Positions 41,043 through 52,971 of a DNA stretch of 64,000 bases are shown in pieces. The position numbers were made by a program, and so were the translations under genes. Position 1 is the first letter of the stretch, and every line of letters begins with the position of its first letter. The stretch lies in NCBI GenBank assembly GCA_963665845.2, contig OY762492.1:3648001-3712000 (forward strand), read 5' to 3'. The notes under the pieces are model-generated. The model ran no database searches and had not been told where the DNA came from. It saw nothing but the letters and a program-made list of their open reading frames with translations. The stretch is from Candidatus Poribacteria bacterium. Lineage in GTDB: Bacteria; Poribacteria; WGA-4E; GCA-2687025.

Positions 41043-43970
41043 TTATTTACTGCGCAGCTCCTCAAAACGTTTCAGGATTCTTCCCAGCCGGTCGTAGTTG
41101 ACGCCGAATTCGCCCCAGTTTCCTTGTTTCTGGGCGGCTTCGCCCGCCTCGTACGCCTCCAGGGCGTTCAGCGCCTCCTGCATGATCGCCTGCGCGTCCT
41201 CTTCCAGCGGAATCGCCTGCATACCCGCTTCCCCGTCCGCCGCAACAACCGCGCCGCTCTCCTGACCAAACAGGCGCGACAAGGCGTCCATCAGGCTGTC
41301 GCCCATCGAGATGCGCGGCTGATCGGTGCCTTCGGTGTAACTCACATACCCCGCCAGCACCTTGCGCAGAAGCGGAATGGGCATGTTAGCCGCCTCTAGA
41401 TAAAGCGGCTCAATCGCCAGAACGCCCTGACTCAACGGAAACAGAAGCAGGTTGCCGCGCAGGACGTTCGCCTGCTGCGTCTTCCGCCAGAACGAGTAAT
41501 CGTTGTGTCCGCTGAAATGCGATTCCCACTGCTCCGTTCCGGTCATCTGCTGCCCCTTCGGGAAGGTGTAAATGTAGATCTGCCCGTACTGCGGACCTCC
41601 CTGCGGGTCGGATCGATAATCGCACCGCGCCGCCATCCATGCGCTCATGACCTCCTTGTCGCGCGGCGTGTACGGGTAGATGAGCAGAAATTCAGGGTCG
41701 CTGCCGTCCGGAAGCTCCATCGTCACATAATACGGCTCGACCGGAATGGTGTCTTTTTCGTCGCGGTAGTTTTCCTCCGACAGGTCCCACAGGTCCTCCT
41801 GTAGAAAAAAGGTGTCAGGGTCGGTCATATGGTACGCCCGCAGCTGCCGCGCTTGCAGCCAGAACATCGTCAGCGGGTAGCGGATATGTTTTTTCAGCTC
41901 GTCCGGCATCTCCGAGAAGGGGCGGAGCAGGTTCGGAAAGATGCGCGCGTAACATTCCAGCAGCGGATCGTCTACCTGAAGCGTCGGTTCGGTGTCGAGT
42001 CGGTAAAACTGAACCGATCCGTCATACACATCCACCACCGCCTTGACCGAGTTGCGGATGTAATTGCCCCATGGAACGCCGCGCGGCAGAACGCGCATGG
42101 ACGCCGAACGCCCGCGCGCGTCTCTCACCAGCCCTGTATAGGCGTCCAGAAGCGGCTGCGAATACGGATAATTCGACGCGGTCATATAGGCGTCGATGAT
42201 CCAGTGCAGGCGTCCGTCGGCAACGACAAGGTACGGGTCTTTGTCGTATTTCAAAAACGGCGCGATGCGCGTCACCCGTTCCAGTATGTTGCGGCGGTAC
42301 ATGAGCCTGCTGCCGTTTTTGATGTCGGTGTTGAGAATGTAGTTGTAGTCGCCGAACGCCGCGGCGTACGTGGCTCTCCGCAGCATCGAGTCGATGGGGA
42401 CGCCGCCCTTTCCGGTGTAGGTGTATTTGGCGAACTGATCGCCTTGCAAGGGGTAATCGAACTCGACCGGGTTCTCGTTTTCAGGGTTCACGATGACGCT
42501 GTGGTTGGTGCGTTCGCCGTAGTAGACGCGCGGACCGGGCGCCTCCGCCATTCGATGCTTCCATTCGGAGTCGTACTGGTGCGGTATGTCGCGCACATAA
42601 TAGATCGGCTCGCCCTCGCGCGTTTCGTTCACCGGACCGGCGACAAAGCCGTACCCGTGGGTGAAATTGAAGGTTCGGTTGATCCAGTTGTTACCGGCGC
42701 GCGTCAGCTGACTCACATCCACCTCGCGCGGCGAGATGGACACCTGGCGGACAATATCGCCCATCTCATACCGGTCAATGTCCACATTTTCAAAGTTGTA
42801 CTGGGGGCGCAGCTCCTGCTTCTGAATATACACCTTTTTGAGCGGGCGCGGGTCCAGCAGCCGTATGTTTTTTTCTATGCTGGGACGGGTGACATCGCTC
42901 AAACGCAGCGGCTCCCCGCCCTCCTGAAGCTCCTGCATCGTGATCCCGCTTAGTCCGAAGGCGTGGCGCGTCATGACAATGTTGTTGAGGATATAGGGGC
43001 GCTGAAGCTCCTGCTTGTTTGGGACAACCTGAAAATTGTTGATGAGAGTCGGATACACCGTGCCGCCGAGGATGAACGCCAGCAGATACAGCCCCGTCAT
43101 GTAGACCCCCCACTTGATCTTGTTCACGCTGACGCTGATGAACCAAGCGGCGGCGGCAAGCGCGCAGATCGCAATCAGGATATACAGCACGGGCAGGCGG
43201 GCTTTATGCTCCACAAAGCCCGCGCCGAAAAACAGCGGATTGTCGACATACAGCAGCTCGTATCGGCTCAGCCAATGCCTCCAGCCGAGCGCGGCAAAGG
43301 AGACGCCGGCAAGCGTCCCCAGATGAACGGCGGCGCCTTTGGAGATATTGAGCCGATTCTGGTCATCCAGCAGGGCGCCGTAAAAATAGTAGGCGGCCGC
43401 CATGACAAGCGTCACAGGAATGCTGACGGCGATGAGCCAGCCGTTCAAAAACTGCTCAAACGGCAGCGTCAGCATGTAGTACGCGACATTCTTTTGAAAG
43501 ATCGGGTCCAGTATCGGCTGCCCGGCGGAGTCGGCGAACTGTATGCTGTTGGCGTTGAACCAGCGCTGTATCACTTCCCACTGCGCGGCGGCAGAGTATC
43601 CCAGGGCGACCGCCGCGGCGACGGTCGCGCCGTAGAGAATGCGGCGCAGATACTGGCGCATTTCGGCGGGGGAGGCTTGCCACGGCATGGCGTTCCGGGC
43701 GGTTGGATGCATGCTTTCAGGCGCGAGGCGGTGGAGCAGCCAGACGTTCAACAAGCCGACCGCCAAGATCAGCAGACCAATCAGAACGGCGACGACAACC
43801 TTTGTCCACAGAATCGTCGTGAAGACATCGACATACTCGGAGCCGCTGGCGGAGCCGACGGAACGGAACCACCACACATCCGGCAGGACGGCGAGCCATA
43901 TTCTGATCAAAACCCATAAAATGCCGACGACGATGCCGGCAATAGCCATTTTTCGAACTCTCTGCGTCAT
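41043..43970 (-). CDS. UPF0182 family membrane protein
   Basis: DVWWF, DPIF, PYI..NI..TR.AFGL, DIDRY, FTHGYG, APFL..D.DPY, NYIRNSVKAVVD.YDG, GNLL. Confidence 0.92.
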   Translation of the reverse strand: MTQRVRKMAIAGIVVGILWVLIRIWLAVLPDVWWFRSVGSASGSEYVDVFTTILWTKVVVAVLIGLLILAVGLLNVWLLHRLAPESMHPTARNAMPWQASPAEMRQYLRRILYGATVAAAVALGYSAAAQWEVIQRWFNANSIQFADSAGQPILDPIFQKNVAYYMLTLPFEQFLNGWLIAVSIPVTLVMAAAYYFYGALLDDQNRLNISKGAAVHLGTLAGVSFAALGWRHWLSRYELLYVDNPLFFGAGFVEHKARLPVLYILIAICALAAAAWFISVSVNKIKWGVYMTGLYLLAFILGGTVYPTLINNFQVVPNKQELQRPYILNNIVMTRHAFGLSGITMQELQEGGEPLRLSDVTRPSIEKNIRLLDPRPLKKVYIQKQELRPQYNFENVDIDRYEMGDIVRQVSISPREVDVSQLTRAGNNWINRTFNFTHGYGFVAGPVNETREGEPIYYVRDIPHQYDSEWKHRMAEAPGPRVYYGERTNHSVIVNPENENPVEFDYPLQGDQFAKYTYTGKGGVPIDSMLRRATYAAAFGDYNYILNTDIKNGSRLMYRRNILERVTRIAPFLKYDKDPYLVVADGRLHWIIDAYMTASNYPYSQPLLDAYTGLVRDARGRSASMRVLPRGVPWGNYIRNSVKAVVDVYDGSVQFYRLDTEPTLQVDDPLLECYARIFPNLLRPFSEMPDELKKHIRYPLTMFWLQARQLRAYHMTDPDTFFLQEDLWDLSEENYRDEKDTIPVEPYYVTMELPDGSDPEFLLIYPYTPRDKEVMSAWMAARCDYRSDPQGGPQYGQIYIYTFPKGQQMTGTEQWESHFSGHNDYSFWRKTQQANVLRGNLLLFPLSQGVLAIEPLYLEAANMPIPLLRKVLAGYVSYTEGTDQPRISMGDSLMDALSRLFGQESGAVVAADGEAGMQAIPLEEDAQAIMQEALNALEAYEAGEAAQKQGNWGEFGVNYDRLGRILKRFEELRSK

Positions 43971-44074
43971 AGACGACTCCATGCGGTCTTTCAACGGATC
44001 GACTTTACCGTACAACAACAACGCGCGCAGCGCAAGCGCCGAAAAGGGCATGGCAGTACGTTAAAGCGCTGGTC

Positions 44075-44186
44075 GTCATTCCCGCTCTCCCATCCTGTCA
44101 TTCCCGCTCTCCCATCCTGTCATTCCCGCTCTCCCATCCTGTCATTCCCGCTCTCCCATTCTGTCATTCCCGCGTAAGCGGGAATC
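44075..44186. repeat. 22-bp tandem repeat (GTCATTCCCGCTCTCCCATYCT x4) ending in a full dRS3-like palindrome
   Basis: Units start at 44075, 44097, 44119, 44141; GTCATTCCCGCGTAAGCGGGAATC at 44163. Confidence 0.95.
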
Positions 44187-44355
44187 TTAGGCGCCGCAGC
44201 CGCCGCGCGCGGCTAAAACCCCCTAGCCCCCCTTTTCAAGGGGGGAATCCAGAGGCGCCCAATTTTTGTGAACAGCGCTCAATTATGCGTCGTTCGCCAA
44301 GAGGAGCGCATGACGCGAAACCCGCTAGAGGCGCGGGATCATGGACAGACGGGCG

Positions 44356-44372
44356 TTGGCACGCTTATTGCT
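44356..44372 (+). promoter_or_regulatory. Sigma54 (-24/-12) promoter
   Basis: TTGGCAC-GCTTA-TTGCT matches TGGCAC-N5-TTGC(A/T), about 65 bp upstream of ATG 44438. Confidence 0.75.
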
Positions 44373-44437
44373 AATGAAACGGCGTGAAACAAAAAAGAAT
44401 GCAGCGCGGCAAGACGACCGCGAAGGAGAACAGGACA

Positions 44438-44668
44438 ATGCCTCGATTTCAATGCGCCTTTCCGTATGAGAACGGGAGCCGACGCGAATGCAGCCAGGAG
44501 CGCTCAAACGGCAACGGAGCCGACCGCAAAACCCGCGCGCCCATCGAAGCGGTGTACGAGTTTGAAGCGCGCAACGCCGAGCAGCTGTACAAATGGCTCG
44601 AAATGAAAGGCGCCCCCATACGCTCCATCCGCGACATCAAGCTGGTGGAGAAGGAAACTTCCTCTTAA
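44438..44668 (+). CDS. Small hypothetical protein (76 aa)
   Basis: GAAGGAGAACAGGA RBS region, sigma54 promoter upstream, fills the gap convergent to the sulfatase. Confidence 0.7.
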   Translation: MPRFQCAFPYENGSRRECSQERSNGNGADRKTRAPIEAVYEFEARNAEQLYKWLEMKGAPIRSIRDIKLVEKETSS

Positions 44669-44669
44669 C

Positions 44670-46064
44670 TTACTCCTCTTCAGCGCGGCCGGGACCTCGC
44701 GCTTGATCTTTCAGCTGCGCGTCAAATCGGCGCGCCGCGGCGGTCAAGCGCTCTACGACCGCTTCGTTCGCTTCCGCCGTGTTCTCCGACTCGGCGATGT
44801 CGGCGTCCAGCTGGTACAGCTGGGCGGGGTTTTTCTCGTCGTTACCGCCAGCCAGATGCAGTTTCCAATTGCCGCGGCGGACGGCGCGCAGATTGGTTCC
44901 CCTGTAAAAATAAAAATGCCGATCCGGCGCGGACGCCTCAGGGTCGCGCAGCGCGGCGCCGACATCTTCGCCGTCGATGGCGCGTTCCGGCAGATCGGAG
45001 CCGACAAGACCGGCGATGGTCGGCAGCAGGTCGATGGAGCTGACGATCTCGGAGCTGACCGTTCCCGCGGGAATGGTTCCCGGCCAGCGCATGACGCACG
45101 GGACGCGGAAGCCGCCCTCATAGACGCTGAATTTGCCGCCGCGCAGGGGGAGGGCGCATCCGCCGTCCTCCTTTTTCTGAAGCCAAGGGCCGTTGTCGGA
45201 AGTGAAGACGACGAGCGTTTTTTCGTCGATGCCGAGATCGCGCAGCGTCTCCAAGATGCGCCCTGTCGACCAGTCGATCTCCTCAATGGTGTCGCCGTAA
45301 AGTCCGCGCTCGGACGTCCCGACAAACCCCTCGGAAGCGTAAAGCGGCACATGCGGCATGGTGTGCGCGAGATAGAGAAAGAAAGGGCTGTCATGGCTGC
45401 CGCGTATGAACCGCAGCGCCTCCTCGGTGTAACGCTGCGTCAGCGTCTCTTGGACGGCGGGGCGTTCGATGATCTCTTCGTTGCGCATGATCGGGACATT
45501 AAAAATGCGTCCGTTTTCGGTTTGAACCGCGTCCATGTCGTTCGAGTACGGGATGCCGTAGTAGGAATCGAAGCCGTGCGCTGTCGGAAGAAACTGGGGC
45601 AGATGTCCGAGATGCCATTTTCCGACGCATGCGGTGGCATATCCTTTTTTCTTTAAGAGGCTGGCGATGGTCGTTTCGCTGGAGTCGAGTCCGATTGTGT
45701 TGCGCGGAAAGAGAACGGAGGTGATGCCGACGCGCGGCGGATAGCAGCCTGTCAACAGGGCGGCGCGGGAAGGCGAACAGATAGAGGCGGCAACATAAAA
45801 ATCGGTGAGCCGCATGCCCTCTTTCGCCATCTGGTCAATGCGCGGCGTCTTGATGTTGGGCGAGCCGAAGCAGCCCAGATCCTGATACCCTTGATCGTCC
45901 GTGAAGATTATGACGATGTTGGGCAGGTCGGGCGGTTCGTTTTCGGTCTCGTTTTCGTTCGCCGCTCCGGTTTGAGAAGCGGCTTGCGAGGCGGCAACGG
46001 CGGACGCCGCGGCTGTTTTGATGAAGTCGCGCCGGGTCGGTTCGTCTGCGCGCTCGGTTGTCAT
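44670..46064 (-). CDS. Tat-exported Cys-type sulfatase (arylsulfatase A-like)
   Basis: TRRDFIK Tat motif; PNIVIIFTDD, CSPSRAALLTG, GKWHLG, FTSDNG. Confidence 0.95.
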   Translation of the reverse strand: MTTERADEPTRRDFIKTAAASAVAASQAASQTGAANENETENEPPDLPNIVIIFTDDQGYQDLGCFGSPNIKTPRIDQMAKEGMRLTDFYVAASICSPSRAALLTGCYPPRVGITSVLFPRNTIGLDSSETTIASLLKKKGYATACVGKWHLGHLPQFLPTAHGFDSYYGIPYSNDMDAVQTENGRIFNVPIMRNEEIIERPAVQETLTQRYTEEALRFIRGSHDSPFFLYLAHTMPHVPLYASEGFVGTSERGLYGDTIEEIDWSTGRILETLRDLGIDEKTLVVFTSDNGPWLQKKEDGGCALPLRGGKFSVYEGGFRVPCVMRWPGTIPAGTVSSEIVSSIDLLPTIAGLVGSDLPERAIDGEDVGAALRDPEASAPDRHFYFYRGTNLRAVRRGNWKLHLAGGNDEKNPAQLYQLDADIAESENTAEANEAVVERLTAAARRFDAQLKDQARGPGRAEEE

Positions 46065-46137
46065 GGGGCGCTCCCTTGGCTGAGCATGTGTGTTCAAGGA
46101 TGTATGTTAAAGGCAACGGCTGATAGGCGCAACATGC

Positions 46138-46315
46138 GACCTTATGTCTTTAGTTGGAACATTCCGCCTGGCGAACGCGAACGTCTTCTGCCGCGCCTTT
46201 GGATTCCCGTTTTCACGGGAATGACGAAATCAGAGCATAAGATTCCCGCTTGCGCGGGAATGACGAAAACCAGCGTCTAAGATTCCCGTTTTCATGGGAA
46301 TGACGAAATCAGAGC
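46138..46315. repeat. MITE-A end followed by three tandem dRS3-like palindromes (about 39-40 bp period)
   Basis: GACCTTATGTCTTTAGTTGG, then GATTCCC-N8-GGGAATGACGAAA three times. Confidence 0.85.
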
Positions 46316-48214
46316 CTAGCCGCCGGGCGCAACCGATATGCCGAAGAGGCGGCGGTAAAACGCCAGCTCCGTTTCTAAGGCGCGCCGCACGTTTTTCGCC
46401 TGGCGAAAGCCATGCCCTTCCCCTTCAAAGAGGACGCATTCGGCGTCCAGCCCGTTGTCGTTCAGCGTTTTGAGCATCGCTTCCGTTTGGTTGGGCGGAA
46501 CAACCTTGTCCTCCATGCCCTGCAAGAACAGAACTGGTCCGGAGATGTTCTTGGCGGAATGGATCGGCGACCGCTCCCGGTATAGATCGGCGCGTTCAGG
46601 ATACGGTCCGATCAGTCTGTCCAGGTATCTCGATTCAAACTTATGAGTGTCCTTCGCCAGCGCCTCCAGATCGCCGATGCCGTAGTAGCTGCATCCCCCC
46701 TTAAAGACGTCTCGAAACGCGAGCGCCGCCAGCGCGGTGAACCCGCCGGCGCTTCCGCCGCGTATCGCCATGCGTTTGCCGTCAACAGCTCCCCGCTCCG
46801 CCATAGCGCGCGCCCCGTTGACGCTGTCGTCCACATCGACGACGCCCCATTGCCCGTTCAGCCGCTCTCTATAGCCGCGTCCGTAGCCGGCGCTTCCGCC
46901 GTAGTTGACATCCAGAACGGCAAACCCTCGGCTGGTGAAAAACTGAACGGCGGGGTTGTAAGACGCGGTCGCCGCGCTGGTCGGCCCGCCGTGGCAGCTG
47001 ACAATCAAGGGCGGCTTTTCCCCTTCAAGAGGCGCGTACTCGTCGTTCTTAGGCGGATAAAAGAAACCGCGCGCCGTCAGCCCGTTTTCCGTTGAAAATT
47101 CAACCTCCACAGGCAGCGACAGATAACGTTCGTCCGCTTCCGTTTCGTCGGGGCGGCGAATCGTCTCGATCTCCCTGGAGGCAAGATCGATCTGAATCAA
47201 CTCGGCGGGGCGGGACGGCGAAGCGGCGTATAGATAGAGATGTCCATCCGCCGCCAAGGGCGAACTCAACTCTGTATAAGGCGTCTCAATGCGCTCCGCC
47301 TCTCCAGAGGTCAAGTTGATGAGCGCGAGGCGGGACTGCCCATTCTGACGATAAACGGCGGCAACCTCGTCTGCCGAGATGTAGGCGTAGGCGCGCATTC
47401 CAAACCCCCATTGCGGCAGTCCAAATTCGGCGTCCATCGGGGCGATGTTTCGCGCGGCGCCGTTTTCGATGCGGTAGAGGTTCCACCAGCCGGTTCGGTC
47501 AGACGCGAAAGTGAGCGTCCCGTCGGGCGACCATGTCGGTTGAAAGATCGACTCGTCCGAACCGCCGGCAACGCGCCGCTGGTTCGTTAACTCTCCTGAA
47601 GGCGCGCATTCCGCTGTCCACAGCTCCGTTCCGTCCCACGGCATATTCGGGTGGTTCCACGCGAGCCATGCAATCTGCGAGCCGTCTGGACCGATTCGCG
47701 GCGAGGAGACAAAGTCGCTTTCCGCGTAAAGAATCGAGACGGCGCCGGTCTCCGCGTCTACGGACGCCAGCGCGTTCAGCGGTTCGTTTCCGCTCCGCTC
47801 CCGTTCTACGACACATAAAATGCGGTTGCGCCGCGCGTCCATCACGCCGTCCGCATAGCGGGAGCCGTTCGCCGGGGTGAGCGGATCGGGCTGCATGCCG
47901 GCGTCCTGCCGGTAAAGGCGCTGGTCGGCGTCGTTTGAAAAAAAGATCGTTCCGTCATGGACGAGATAATCGCCCCCGCCGTATTCATGGACGCGGCTGC
48001 GGACGCTCAAGGGCGCCGGGGTGAGGTCGCGGCGCGTTCCATCCGGCGTTCGCTTCACGAGAACGCTGCGCCCTTTGTCGGCGGGGCGCGTTTCTACCCA
48101 GTAAACATCGGCGCCGTCCGAGGCGGACAGCCCCATTCGGACGCCCGCTTGAGCGACCGTTTCAGCGGAGACGGGGGACTTCCATGAGCAGTATGGCGCG
48201 GTTATTTTGTTCAA
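46316..48214 (-). CDS. S9 family peptidase (dipeptidyl aminopeptidase/acylaminoacyl peptidase)
   Basis: [21 protein letters not shown] (Ser), DKVVPP (Asp), EGHGF (His). Confidence 0.95.
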   Translation of the reverse strand: MNKITAPYCSWKSPVSAETVAQAGVRMGLSASDGADVYWVETRPADKGRSVLVKRTPDGTRRDLTPAPLSVRSRVHEYGGGDYLVHDGTIFFSNDADQRLYRQDAGMQPDPLTPANGSRYADGVMDARRNRILCVVERERSGNEPLNALASVDAETGAVSILYAESDFVSSPRIGPDGSQIAWLAWNHPNMPWDGTELWTAECAPSGELTNQRRVAGGSDESIFQPTWSPDGTLTFASDRTGWWNLYRIENGAARNIAPMDAEFGLPQWGFGMRAYAYISADEVAAVYRQNGQSRLALINLTSGEAERIETPYTELSSPLAADGHLYLYAASPSRPAELIQIDLASREIETIRRPDETEADERYLSLPVEVEFSTENGLTARGFFYPPKNDEYAPLEGEKPPLIVSCHGGPTSAATASYNPAVQFFTSRGFAVLDVNYGGSAGYGRGYRERLNGQWGVVDVDDSVNGARAMAERGAVDGKRMAIRGGSAGGFTALAALAFRDVFKGGCSYYGIGDLEALAKDTHKFESRYLDRLIGPYPERADLYRERSPIHSAKNISGPVLFLQGMEDKVVPPNQTEAMLKTLNDNGLDAECVLFEGEGHGFRQAKNVRRALETELAFYRRLFGISVAPGG

Positions 48215-49110
48215 GAGACGCCCAATCGGCGCTTCTGCTCCGCTAACATCTTTTTCTGCTGCGCGACCCGCTTTGGCACGACGCGCTCTCTCGGCCGCGT
48301 CGGTTTGAAATCGAGCCGTTCGACGCCGAGCGCTTTCAGAACCGCCTTCTCAACAAGAGAGAAATCGTCCGGATTTTTTCGGTTGAAGTTCATCGGCTCC
48401 TTGAGCGCGACGGGCGGATTGGTGATGAAGCGCGCCCGTTCGGACGGGTTGCGCGACGCCGAATGGAGAACATACGGGTGGATCAGAACAATGTCGCCGG
48501 CAAGCCCTGTCAGCTCGACAAAGTCGCTGCAGTGTCGAATCAGTTTGCCGAAGCCCGCCTCGGAGGGAAGCAGCCCTTCTGGATGAGCGGCGAGATGGCG
48601 CGCGATATGCTGAACCGAGTCGGCGGCGACGAAGGTTCCGCCGCTTTTCGGAAAGATGTCAGACCAGATGATGATGGTGAGCAGCCCTTGTTCAGGGCTG
48701 TCGAGAAAATGCCGAAAGAAATCGCCGTCTTTGTGCCATCCGCTCATGTTAGGAGACGGAGGCTGCCACGGCTCGCCGTCGCCGATATTGAAATTGATGA
48801 TAAAGCCGTCGCCGAGCGAGAAGTTTTGGGCGTTGCGGATGCGTTCTTCGCCGCCCATGAGGTCGCAGATCGCGTTCCATGCTCTTGGGGCGATGTCGGC
48901 GGCGCGCTTCCAGTTCATGCCGGGGAGATGGACGCGGGGCTCCGCCCAGGTGTCGGGTTCGTAGGGGTCGTATCCGAGCCGTTTGAAAGCGAAGGCGCGC
49001 CATTCCTCAGCCAGCTCGCGCGGAAACGCCTGGCGGATGACGATATGCCCGCGTTCCAGAAACTGCTGCGCCTGCTCCTGCGTGATTTCTCGATAAGAGG
49101 CTTGCGCCAT
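48211..49110 (-). CDS. Phytanoyl-CoA dioxygenase (PhyH) family Fe(II)/2OG oxygenase
   Basis: QFLERG, WHKDG (HxD), GGT....S, AGDIVLIHP..LHSAS.N. Confidence 0.85.
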   Translation of the reverse strand: MAQASYREITQEQAQQFLERGHIVIRQAFPRELAEEWRAFAFKRLGYDPYEPDTWAEPRVHLPGMNWKRAADIAPRAWNAICDLMGGEERIRNAQNFSLGDGFIINFNIGDGEPWQPPSPNMSGWHKDGDFFRHFLDSPEQGLLTIIIWSDIFPKSGGTFVAADSVQHIARHLAAHPEGLLPSEAGFGKLIRHCSDFVELTGLAGDIVLIHPYVLHSASRNPSERARFITNPPVALKEPMNFNRKNPDDFSLVEKAVLKALGVERLDFKPTRPRERVVPKRVAQQKKMLAEQKRRLGVS

Positions 49111-49340
49111 GATCTGTTCCTCTCTGGCGGTGCGTTGTTTGATTTACATTACAGCATTTCGGGTCGAGTTTCAAGAGCGGCGCTCTGACGGCTGTACGCC
49201 CATGCGATGATAGTCGTTTTTAATCCTAAAGCGTCCGCGCCGCCGATCCGTCATTCCCGTGAAAACGGGAATCTTAGGCATCGCAGACGCCGTCCATACC
49301 GCGTCTCCGACCAACATCATCGTATGAGCGTACTGCCGCT

Positions 49341-49425
49341 CTGACCTTGCGTCTTTAGTTGGGACATGTCGGCATGGGAACGCGGACGTCATCCCCGATG
49401 CCTCTGGATTCCCGCTTACGCGGGA
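49341..49425. mobile_element. MITE family A fragment whose internal dRS3-like repeat is the IS110 target
   Basis: CTGACCTTGCGTCTTTAGTTGGGACATG ... GGATTCCCGCTTACGCGGGA, continued by ATGACGGC at 50968. Confidence 0.75.
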
Positions 49426-49540
49426 GTATCTGTGTTCAAAGTCAATCATTTTGCGCTTTCCGTAGCGCCGAAAGTCGCCGCGGCGGATATTTTTCGGCAG
49501 TACCGAAGGAGCCGCCGCAGCGAGATTTCGGAAAGGGTTT

Positions 49541-50953
<1,413 letters not shown>

Positions 50954-51040
50954 AGATCATCATACAAATGACGGCATGGATCGGCCGGCTGTCGCGCAAA
51001 TGAATGTCATCGCTTGTAGGCTGGCGACTCCAGTTAGCCT

Positions 51041-51069
51041 TTGACACGCCGCCCGCCTTCTTATATGCT
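51041..51069 (+). promoter_or_regulatory. Putative sigma70 promoter for the WD40 pair
   Basis: TTGACA-17 bp-TATGCT, 23 bp upstream of ATG 51093. Confidence 0.65.
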
Positions 51070-51092
51070 GTAAAGACAGGCCGAAACTGGAG

Positions 51093-52958
51093 ATGTATAT
51101 GAAACGGAGCCTTTATTCGCTGTGCGCCTGCGTTTTGACGCTGCGCGCGTTCGCGGCGGCGCCTTCAGATTATATCTCGCAGCTTGGTCTGCCTGAAGGC
51201 GCCAAGATGCGCATCGGCAGGGGAAGCGTCCAATCGCTCGCCTATTCGCCGGACGGCAAGCGGCTTGCCGCAGCCGGCAGCGTCGGCGTCTGGATATACG
51301 ACGCGCTCTTCGGCGGAGAGATCGCGCTGCTTCGAGGACATACCGATCCCGTCAATTCAGCAGCGTATTCACCCGAAGGAGAGCGCATCGTCAGCGCCAG
51401 CGAAGACTGGACGGTTCGGATATGGGACGCGGAGACCGAAGCCCATCTCAATACGCTCAAAGGACATACAGAATCGATTAACTCGGCGGCGTATTCTCCC
51501 GACGGGAAACGCATCGTCAGCGCCAGCGCCGATCAAACGATTCGCATATGGGATGCGGAAACAGGGGCGCTTCTCAACACGCTCAAAGGACATACAGCCT
51601 CGGTCCGTTCGGCGGCGTATTCGCCGGACGGCAAGCGCATCGTCAGCGCCAGCGGCGACAAGACGGTTCGCGTCTGGGACGCGGAGACCGGCGACCTGCT
51701 CAAAACCTTGGAAGAACATACAAGAGGTGTTCTTTCGGCGCGCTATTCGCCGGACGGCAAGAAAATCGCAAGCGCAGGCTCTGCCATTCGCGTCTGGGAC
51801 GCGGAGACCGGCGCGCTTCTCCATACGCTTTCCGGTAGAGGCGCGACCGGCGGGTTGGCGTATTCGCCGGACGGCAGGTACCTTGCCAGAGGAAATATGT
51901 ATGACGATCTGCTGCTGTGGGACGCCGCTCACGGCGCGCCTCTTGAGCCGATGTTTAAACGCGCCCCTAGAAGCGGAGCCAGTACGCTCGCGTTTTCGCC
52001 GGACGGACATAACATTGCCGGCGCGGATAGAGAAGGCCCGATTCACATTAGGAACATCGAGATTCGCGCCCAGGTCCGCGCATTTGAGGGGCATACCGAT
52101 TTCCACCCCCGCGCCGCCGCTTTATCGCCGGACGGCAAGCGCATCGCCGCGGCAAATCGATTCGACCGCTTCGTTGACATATACGGCGCCGCCGACGGGG
52201 CGCTTCTCCATACATACAGCGCGAGCTCTCGTGTGACCTGTTTGGGCTATTCGCCGGACGGCAAGCGCCTTTTCATCGGAAGTATGGGTAATTCCTTTGG
52301 CGTTTGGGACGCCGAGAAAAAAACGCAGCTCCATAGGTTCATTGGACATTCCAGCATGATCGTCTCCGCGGCGTTTTCGCCGGACAACAAGCGCATCGCC
52401 AGCGCGAGTTGGGATAGAACGGTTATCATCTGGAATGCGGAAACAGGCGCCCTTCTCCATAGGCTTAAAGGACATATCTCCCCGGTCAATTGGGTTTCCT
52501 ATTCGCCGGACGGCAAACGCGTCGTCAGCGCAGGCCTCGACAATACGACTCGCATTTGGGACGCGGAAACCGGCGCGCCGCTCCATACGCTTGAAGGGGG
52601 CAGATCTGAACTCCATTCGGTTTCCTATTCGCCGGACGGCAAACGCGTCGTCAGCGCTGACAGCGATGGAAAGGCGGTCATATTGGACGCCGAGACATGG
52701 GCTGCCATCAAAAAGATCGACGGGGATGATTATGGAAGAATCTTATGCGCGGCATATTCTCCAGACGGCAAGATGATCGCGACAGGGGGCTGGGATAGAA
52801 TCGTACGCGTCTGGAACTCCGAAACCGGCGCCCTTCTCAAAAAGCTTGAAGGGCATACAGGCTATATCGGTTGGACCGCGTTTTTACAGGACGGAAAGAC
52901 GCTCGCCTCATCAGGTTTTGACGGCGTCGTCCTCCTTTGGGACATCTCCGACCTCTAG
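51093..52958 (+). CDS. Secreted WD40-repeat protein
   Basis: Signal peptide, QLGLPEGAKMRIGRG leader, many GH...V.S..YSPDGKRIVSAS.D.T.R.WDAETG repeats. Confidence 0.95.
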   Translation: MYMKRSLYSLCACVLTLRAFAAAPSDYISQLGLPEGAKMRIGRGSVQSLAYSPDGKRLAAAGSVGVWIYDALFGGEIALLRGHTDPVNSAAYSPEGERIVSASEDWTVRIWDAETEAHLNTLKGHTESINSAAYSPDGKRIVSASADQTIRIWDAETGALLNTLKGHTASVRSAAYSPDGKRIVSASGDKTVRVWDAETGDLLKTLEEHTRGVLSARYSPDGKKIASAGSAIRVWDAETGALLHTLSGRGATGGLAYSPDGRYLARGNMYDDLLLWDAAHGAPLEPMFKRAPRSGASTLAFSPDGHNIAGADREGPIHIRNIEIRAQVRAFEGHTDFHPRAAALSPDGKRIAAANRFDRFVDIYGAADGALLHTYSASSRVTCLGYSPDGKRLFIGSMGNSFGVWDAEKKTQLHRFIGHSSMIVSAAFSPDNKRIASASWDRTVIIWNAETGALLHRLKGHISPVNWVSYSPDGKRVVSAGLDNTTRIWDAETGAPLHTLEGGRSELHSVSYSPDGKRVVSADSDGKAVILDAETWAAIKKIDGDDYGRILCAAYSPDGKMIATGGWDRIVRVWNSETGALLKKLEGHTGYIGWTAFLQDGKTLASSGFDGVVLLWDISDL

Positions 52959-52971
52959 GCGGAAGCGGCGC

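Noticed and set aside
44075-44186. Possible CRISPR array
   Set aside because: Units are contiguous and near-identical with no unique spacers; no cas genes in the window.
46200-46315. Possible mini-CRISPR (three palindromic repeats)
   Set aside because: Intervening sequences are only about 10-15 bp and similar to each other; the repeat is the dispersed dRS3-like element.
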